A DNA stretch of 4,355 nucleotides from a virus. Its lineage: Duplodnaviria > Heunggongvirae > Uroviricota > Caudoviricetes. Under the pieces are notes generated by a model, which saw only the letters and a list, made by a program, of their open reading frames with translations, had not been told where the DNA came from and searched no databases. Both the position numbers and the translations under genes were made by a program. The first letter of the stretch is position 1. The number at the start of each line of letters is the position of its first letter. This document shows, one piece after another, positions 1 to 4,355 of this stretch. Location: the IMG/VR virus record IMGVR_UViG_2537561714_000013; one strand, written 5' to 3'.

Positions 1-1582
1 GGGATTTTTCCTGCTCAGATAACTGCCGTTTCGTGGCAGCCTCTTTCAGGACCGCATACTGATTTTCCGCTTTCCATAAATCGCGACGCTGCTGGCTGAT
101 TTTCTCATTCGCACCGCTGTGTTTTTCCAGCGTCCTGAGCTCGGTTTCAAGCGCCAGCAGGGCAGCATGCGCCTGGTCTTCCTGACGCTCACCGGCTGAC
201 ACTTTGACTCCTGACGACTTCGGCTTTTTCAGCGTCGATTCATAATCCTTTTTCGCCGCCGCCATCAGCGTGTTGTAATCCGCCCGCAGGATTTTCCCGT
301 CTTTCAGTGCCTTATTCAGTTCTTCCTGACGGGCGGTATATTTCTCCAGCGGCGTCTGCAGGCGTTCGTAAGCCTTCTGCGCCTCTTCGGTATATTTCAG
401 CCGTGACGCTTCGGTATCGCTCTGTTGCTGCGCATTTTTGTCCTGTTGACTCTGCTGCTCAGCCTTCTTTCGGGCGGCTTCAAGCGCAAGACGGGCCTTT
501 TCACGATCATCCCAGTAACGCGCCCGCGCTTCATCGTTAACAAAATAATCATCCTTGCGCAGATTCCAGATATCGTCCGCTTTCTTAAACGCGGCCTCTG
601 CCTTAATCAGCATCTCCTGCGCGGTATCAGGACGACCAATATCCAGCACCGCATCCCACATGGATTTGAATGCCCGTGCTGTCCTGTCTGCCCAGGTTTC
701 CAGCGTGCCCATGTTCTCTTTCAGGCGGCGGGTCTGGTCATCAAACCCTTTCGTCGCGGCCTCGTTCGCCGCCTGCAATGCCCCGGCTTCTTCGCCGGAA
801 CGCTGCAACTGAGCAACATACGCAATCTGCTCCGCCGTCACGTTATGGAACTGGCGCGCCATCGCTGTCAGCCCCGACGTCGGGTCAGTGGTCAGCTTCC
901 CGAAGGCTTCAGCGACCTTGTCCACCTCCACGCCTGATGCAGAGGAGAAACGCGCCACACTCTGGCTGATGGACGCAATCTGAGCCTCACCGCTTACCCC
1001 CGCCTTAACCAGTGCGCTGAGTGACTCGCTGGTCTGGTTAAACGTCAGCCCTGCCGCCTGCCCGGCTCTGGACAGGACCAGCATACGATCTGCCGTCAGC
1101 CCGGCCTGATTGCCGGAAAGGACCAGCGTTTTGTTGAAATCGGACAGGGTTGAGTTGCCCTGATACCAGGCATACGCCAGCGCACCGGTCGCCACCGCCA
1201 GCGAGGTGGCCCCCACCATCGGCAGGGTGATCGCACCGGCAAGCCCCCGGAACATGGGGATCATCCCGCCGAAGGAGTCCTTCACCTGCCCCCCCTGTTG
1301 CAGCAGGATCAGCCACGGACTTTGCCCACCTGCAAGCTGCGTGGCCACGTCAGTGAACTGCGCAGGCAGCATACGCATGGCGGCTTTATACTGCCCGACG
1401 GAAATTCCCGCTTTCTGTGCAGCCAGCGCCTGCCGGCTCATCGACTGTTCAACGACTGCCGCTGTTTTTTTCGCATCACTTTCCGTACCGGAAAAATGAC
1501 GCCTGACTCTGGCCATCTGCTCGTCAAATCTGGCCGCATCCAGACTTAAATCAACGACCAGATCGCCTACCGGTTCAGCCAT
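1..1582 (-). CDS. H: Tail tape measure protein (lambda gpH-like), N-terminal ~527 codons; 3' end lies beyond window start
   Basis: ATG at 1582..1580 on minus strand preceded by AGGAGG (1591..1596, 8-nt spacer). Hand translation begins MAEPVGDLVVDLSLDAARFDEQMARVRRHF..., recognisable as the lambda H N-terminus. Frame spot-checked open at 358..301 (QTPLEKYTARQEELNKALK) and 58..2 (YAVLKEAATKRQLSEQEKS). Absent from the ORF track, as expected when the stop lies outside the window. Charged, Ala/Gln/Lys/Glu-rich helical composition is typical of tape measure proteins. Confidence 0.92.
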   Translation of the reverse strand, partial: MAEPVGDLVVDLSLDAARFDEQMARVRRHFSGTESDAKKTAAVVEQSMSRQALAAQKAGISVGQYKAAMRMLPAQFTDVATQLAGGQSPWLILLQQGGQVKDSFGGMIPMFRGLAGAITLPMVGATSLAVATGALAYAWYQGNSTLSDFNKTLVLSGNQAGLTADRMLVLSRAGQAAGLTFNQTSESLSALVKAGVSGEAQIASISQSVARFSSASGVEVDKVAEAFGKLTTDPTSGLTAMARQFHNVTAEQIAYVAQLQRSGEEAGALQAANEAATKGFDDQTRRLKENMGTLETWADRTARAFKSMWDAVLDIGRPDTAQEMLIKAEAAFKKADDIWNLRKDDYFVNDEARARYWDDREKARLALEAARKKAEQQSQQDKNAQQQSDTEASRLKYTEEAQKAYERLQTPLEKYTARQEELNKALKDGKILRADYNTLMAAAKKDYESTLKKPKSSGVKVSAGERQEDQAHAALLALETELRTLEKHSGANEKISQQRRDLWKAENQYAVLKEAATKRQLSEQEKS

Positions 1583-2413
1583 ACCGGACTCCTCCTGCGA
1601 TCCCTTCTGATACTGTCATCAGCATTACGTCATCCTCCGTCATGTCCGCCACATCCGGGGAAGCGGGGATAACTTCATTCCCGTCCGGGCCAAAACGAAC
1701 GCCTCCAGCAAGCCCTGCCGCTTTCTGCATCAGCACATCATCTTCAGGCTCTTCGTCAGCCTCACGCCGGTTCAGCAGACTGAAATCCAGCGGATGCATA
1801 TCCGGATCGCTGAAAAACAGGCTGAGCACGGTGTACGTCAGCCCGGAAAAGTGCATATCCAGCAGAACATCATGAAAATAATGGGTACTGTAAAAGCGGT
1901 GCCAGTCGGCATACTCCGTGGATGACATCCCGGCAAGCATGGCACGCCAGTCGGGTCGCCCCATCTCGCGCGCCAGTTTCAGGGCAAAACTCAGCTCACC
2001 GTCGAACACTTTCCCGCAGAAACAGGCTCTGCAGGCCCGGCGTCCTCTGCCTGTTCAGGGGCATCATTCACCACAAACTCATACATACCGGACAGCCGGT
2101 ACACCACGTTTTCAGCATGAGAAATTGCCTCCGCGGGCCAGGTGGTAAGCACTTCCTGCTCAATCTGTTTAACGGCTTCATTCATGGACGGCATCTGCGT
2201 CTTCTTCGGATGGTTATGCCACAGGGACATCGCCACCACAAAAGCGCCGGTTCTGATGGCGTCTTCCACAGTAAACTTCCGGTTGCTGTCTGACTCCGCC
2301 TGTTCTGCCTGCCGTTTCATCAGGGCGAGATGCTCAATACGCTGCAGGGCTGACAGTTCAGAAAGCGTGACGGTCACGCCGTTATGTTCAAATGATTCGG
2401 TTTTCAGGAACAT
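1575..2413 (-). CDS. GT: Tail assembly chaperone G-T fusion, made by programmed -1 ribosomal frameshift: join(2413..2009, 2009..1575) on minus strand
   Basis: The G frame (2413..1991) holds a GGGAAAG slippery heptamer at 2015..2009, seven codons before its stop. The -1 frame is open from 2009 to a TGA at 1577..1575 and encodes a lambda gpT-like sequence (VFDGELSFALKLAREMGRPDWRAML...GIAGGVRYG). This T frame has no start or SD of its own; the ORF track's M is just GTG at 2009..2007 inside the heptamer. Confidence 0.88.
1591..1596 (-). promoter_or_regulatory. Shine-Dalgarno (AGGAGG) for H, embedded in the 3' end of the T reading frame
   Basis: Minus-strand AGGAGG, 8 nt upstream of the H ATG. 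Confidence 0.6.
1991..2413 (-). CDS. G: Tail assembly chaperone G (lambda gpG-like), 140 aa
   Basis: ORF MFLKTESFEHNGVTVTLSELSALQRIEHLALMKRQAEQ...AGKCSTVS, recognisable as lambda gpG. ATG at 2413..2411 with GGAGAA SD (2420..2425, 6-nt spacer). TGA stop at 1993..1991. Confidence 0.95.
   Translation of the reverse strand: MFLKTESFEHNGVTVTLSELSALQRIEHLALMKRQAEQAESDSNRKFTVEDAIRTGAFVVAMSLWHNHPKKTQMPSMNEAVKQIEQEVLTTWPAEAISHAENVVYRLSGMYEFVVNDAPEQAEDAGPAEPVSAGKCSTVS
2009..2015 (-). other. Programmed -1 ribosomal frameshift slippery heptamer G_GGA_AAG (X XXY YYZ)
   Basis: Minus-strand GGGAAAG, read GGA-AAG (Gly-Lys) in the G frame, sits where the overlapping T frame opens. This is the arrangement of the lambda G/GT recoding site. 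Confidence 0.85.
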
Positions 2414-2419
2414 CGCTGA

Positions 2420-2425
2420 TTCTCC
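2420..2425 (-). promoter_or_regulatory. Shine-Dalgarno (GGAGAA) for G
   Basis: Located in the 15-nt V-G intergenic gap, 6 nt upstream of the G ATG. Confidence 0.6.
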
Positions 2426-2428
2426 GGA

Positions 2429-3169
2429 TTAACTGGCGGTGACGTTGATTTCTGCAACCGCAGCAAACTCACCATTACCGGATACGACCGGAATGTTGAC
2501 CTTGCCTGCAGCAACACCTTTCACGGTGATGGTCATACCACTGACCGACACGGTGGCTTTTGTTTTATCCGCAGACACCGCACGGAAGCTCTTGTCGGTT
2601 GCGCCTTCCGGCTGGAATGCCACGGTCAGCGTCGTGCTCTGCCCTTTCACCACCGAGGTGCTGGCAGGCGTCACGGTCATGCCGGTTGCCGCTGTTACCG
2701 TGCTGCGATCTTCTGCCATCGACGGACGTCCCACGTTGGTGACTTTCACCGTGCGGGTGATCACTTCCTTCGCCGTCACCGCCTTACCGATACTGCTGAC
2801 CCAGCCGCGGAACACATCGACCGTGCCGTTCGGGAAGCGGATTTTATAGGCACGGGTATCACCTTCATTAAACCACGCCAGCAGCGCCTGCTGCCCCTGC
2901 TCTCCGGGCATCCACGCCAGCGTGAAGCTGGTATCTCCAGCGGATTTCTGCCCCTGTCCGGTCGCGGCCCAGTCCGCATCTTCATCATCGAGATAACTGT
3001 CGTCATAGGACTCAGCGGTCAGTTCGCCGGGCGTCAGGTCTTTAACCTTTGCCAGACGCGACCAGTCATTGTCTGAAAGCGGGTTTGCATATGGGTCGCC
3101 GTTCCCGTTATAAACCCACAGTGTGGTCCCGGCCCCTTTCACCGGTGCCAGAGGATTTGGTGTTGGCAT
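2429..3169 (-). CDS. V: Major tail tube protein V (lambda gpV-like), 246 aa, with C-terminal Ig-like domain
   Basis: Translation [20 protein letters not shown]...[16 protein letters not shown] is recognisable as lambda gpV. The track ORF starts 10 codons earlier at 3199 ([10 protein letters not shown]...), but that extension overlaps the end of U and has no SD. The ATG at 3169..3167 follows GAGGA (3174..3178) and gives the lambda length of 246 aa. TAA stop at 2431..2429. Confidence 0.95.
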   Translation of the reverse strand: MPTPNPLAPVKGAGTTLWVYNGNGDPYANPLSDNDWSRLAKVKDLTPGELTAESYDDSYLDDEDADWAATGQGQKSAGDTSFTLAWMPGEQGQQALLAWFNEGDTRAYKIRFPNGTVDVFRGWVSSIGKAVTAKEVITRTVKVTNVGRPSMAEDRSTVTAATGMTVTPASTSVVKGQSTTLTVAFQPEGATDKSFRAVSADKTKATVSVSGMTITVKGVAAGKVNIPVVSGNGEFAAVAEINVTAS

Positions 3170-3173
3170 ATCG

Positions 3174-3178
3174 TCCTC
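3174..3178 (-). promoter_or_regulatory. Shine-Dalgarno (GAGGA) for V, overlapping the U stop codon
   Basis: Minus strand reads TGAGGACGAT-ATG; GAGGA lies 4 nt upstream of the V start, and the TGA of U overlaps its 5' edge. Confidence 0.55.
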
Positions 3179-3572
3179 ACATTTCATAGGTAATGACATA
3201 AGTCAGATCGGCTGAACTCCACAGGCCCGCATCATCGTCGCGCCGGTAGTCATAGCCACTGGCCACCATACTGGTGATCAAATCTGATAGTGCCGGGATA
3301 TCGCTCATCACCGGATAAATCCGGGACTCCATCCACGCATCCAGCTCTGAATCCGGCACCTGAGCAGGCAGGAAAACTTCGATATGCAGCTCCGCCTGCC
3401 AGGTATCGCTGTCCAGCTCTTCGCCCGTGTATTCAGCGCCGGTGAGATAAACGGCAACTGCCGGAAAATCCGCCTCATCAAAAACAGCGGGGCGACCATC
3501 AAAAAACGTCGCCCCGGTGTCATGCTTCTCCAGTGCATCCAGTACGGCTGCACGGAGTTCAGTATGTTTCAT
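3177..3572 (-). CDS. U: Tail terminator protein U (lambda gpU-like), 131 aa
   Basis: [33 protein letters not shown]...LTYVITYEM, recognisable as lambda gpU. The ATG at 3572..3570 overlaps the Z stop (ATGA). TGA stop at 3179..3177. Confidence 0.95.
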   Translation of the reverse strand: MKHTELRAAVLDALEKHDTGATFFDGRPAVFDEADFPAVAVYLTGAEYTGEELDSDTWQAELHIEVFLPAQVPDSELDAWMESRIYPVMSDIPALSDLITSMVASGYDYRRDDDAGLWSSADLTYVITYEM

Positions 3573-4147
3573 CGCTTTATTACCATTCTCAGTTGATGCT
3601 GCAGCGCATAGCCCAGCTCTTTCGGAAGACGTTCACGCCGTATCCGCTCAATATTCTGTTTAAACGCCGTGGTCAGCGGCACCGCCATCGGGATTTTCAC
3701 CACATCAATGGGGTAACGGTTTTTCCCGGCCACACGCTGCATGACATGCCACCGGCCATTTTTCAGTTGCTGAATAAACGCGCCGGGAATACGACGGTTT
3801 CCCACCACAAGCACGCTGCCGCCACCTTTCAGGGATGAACGCTGCCCCTTTTTACGACGCCTGCGTCGGGACAGGACAACCCGCGCGTTACCCAGCTTGA
3901 TTACGGGCAAATCCCCCCGGTTAACCTTGATTCTGGCCTGCGGATTTTTAACCGTGGCCCTTTTCAGCCTGGCCCTTTCCTTTACCAGTTTCCGGCGTAC
4001 TCTTGTCTCACGGGCAACCTGTGACGCCGACTGCGATATCGCGGATGAAGCAACGCGGTTAATGGCCATTGCTGACGCACCAGGCACCGCCGTTTTGCTG
4101 ATACGACTGAGGTTTTCAACGGCCTGCTCAAGACCTTTTATGGCCAT
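3569..4147 (-). CDS. Z: Tail completion protein Z (lambda gpZ-like), 192 aa
   Basis: ORF MAIKGLEQAVENLSRISKTAVPGAS...[11 protein letters not shown], recognisable as lambda gpZ. ATG at 4147..4145 follows a G-rich stretch (AGGGGGGATGT) in the 11-nt gap after the FII stop. Contains the polybasic tract RRRRRKK (residues 94-100). Confidence 0.95.
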   Translation of the reverse strand: MAIKGLEQAVENLSRISKTAVPGASAMAINRVASSAISQSASQVARETRVRRKLVKERARLKRATVKNPQARIKVNRGDLPVIKLGNARVVLSRRRRRKKGQRSSLKGGGSVLVVGNRRIPGAFIQQLKNGRWHVMQRVAGKNRYPIDVVKIPMAVPLTTAFKQNIERIRRERLPKELGYALQHQLRMVIKR

Positions 4148-4158
4148 ACATCCCCCCT

Positions 4159-4355
4159 TCAGCGACGACGGTTAACGGCAGGCGGTACGCCCCGCCCAAG
4201 CCAGAGATGACAGCTTCCGCCATCATCCGTCGAAATCCGGTCTATCCAGAAGTTTTCCTCACCGATGGTCAGCGTGTCTCCACGCCGCAGTTGCCGCACA
4301 TCATCAGTCCGGACAAACAGGGACGGGCTGGAGCCTTCAACACGCACGCCCTGTC
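4159..4355 (-). CDS. FII: Head-tail joining protein FII (lambda gpFII-like), C-terminal ~65 codons; 5' end lies beyond window end
   Basis: Frame open from the window edge to TGA at 4161..4159. Translation ...GQGVRVEGSSPSLFVRTDDVRQLRRGDTLTIGEENFWIDRISTDDGGSCHLWLGRGVPPAVNRRR is recognisable as the lambda FII C-terminus. The track's M at 4347 is an internal GTG (Val), not the real start. Confidence 0.9.
   Translation of the reverse strand, partial: QGVRVEGSSPSLFVRTDDVRQLRRGDTLTIGEENFWIDRISTDDGGSCHLWLGRGVPPAVNRRR

Noticed and set aside
1038-1316. Minus-strand 92-aa ORF in an alternate frame inside H
   Set aside because: Sits wholly within the H coding region in a different frame; Gly/Ala/Arg-rich low-complexity product; no independent evidence of coding.
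2007-2009. Independent initiation of a T gene at the GTG given as the start of the 144-aa track ORF
   Set aside because: This GTG is inside the slippery heptamer and has no SD; in lambda the T frame is expressed only as the G-T fusion.
2776-3006. Minus-strand 76-aa ORF in an alternate frame inside V
   Set aside because: Embedded out of frame in the major tail protein gene; Arg-rich spurious translation.
3170-3199. Ten-codon N-terminal extension of V (track ORF start at 3199, [10 protein letters not shown]...)
   Set aside because: The upstream ATG lies inside the U coding sequence without an SD. The ATG at 3169 has a GAGGA SD and gives the 246-aa lambda-length protein.
3308-3553. Minus-strand 81-aa ORF in an alternate frame inside U
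   Set aside because: Embedded out of frame in U; no SD; composition typical of an off-frame read-through.
3855-3868. Short palindrome CGACGC-CT-GCGTCG as a regulatory hairpin or terminator
   Set aside because: Six-bp stem with a 2-nt loop, inside the Z coding sequence, no following U-tract on either strand; explained by consecutive arginine codons.
307-4175. Plus-strand ORFs from the six-frame track (307..540, 425..937, 555..812, 670..969, 1206..1499, 1298..1549, 1642..1875, 1918..2148, 1922..2293, 2142..2432, 2439..2849, 2560..2742, 3384..3596, 3533..3838, 3897..4175)
   Set aside because: All are antisense to confidently identified tail genes. Their low-complexity Arg/Pro/Ser/Ala-rich translations are typical of spurious open frames opposite GC-rich coding sequence, and none has a convincing SD and start context.
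1-4355. Possibility that the window hides a novel or undescribed system (defence island, toxin-antitoxin, moron, cargo gene)
   Set aside because: The minus strand is covered end to end by recognisable lambda-like tail genes with 7-15 nt gaps or overlaps. There is no unassigned intergenic space, no repeat array, and no ORF without an obvious structural-gene identity.
1-4355. Internal promoters or rho-independent terminators within the module
   Set aside because: I did not see a -35/-10 pair with proper spacing or a GC-rich hairpin followed by a T-run in the short intergenic gaps; lambda late genes are read as one long transcript from a distant upstream late promoter.

Overview
This window is a contiguous piece of a lambda-like (lambdoid, siphovirus) tail-morphogenesis module, with every gene on the minus strand. 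Reading 5'->3' on the minus strand (window 4355 -> 1) the order is: 3' end of FII (head-tail joining protein, partial), Z (tail completion), U (tail terminator), V (major tail tube), G and the G-T fusion (tail assembly chaperones, linked by a programmed -1 ribosomal frameshift at a GGGAAAG heptamer), and the first ~527 codons of H (tail tape measure protein), which runs off the window start. Gene order, protein lengths (Z 192, U 131, V 246, G 140 aa) and the translated sequences match phage lambda as I recall it, with what look like scattered substitutions, so this is lambda or a close lambdoid prophage. Packing is very tight: 11 nt FII-Z, 4-nt ATGA overlap Z/U, 7 nt U-V, 15 nt V-G, 8-nt overlap T/H. 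That leaves no room for an inserted accessory gene. I find no evidence of a novel or undescribed system here; the notable features are all established lambda biology. No rRNA, tRNA, CRISPR array, IS element or convincing internal promoter or terminator was seen. All plus-strand ORFs in the supplied track are antisense to these genes and are judged spurious.
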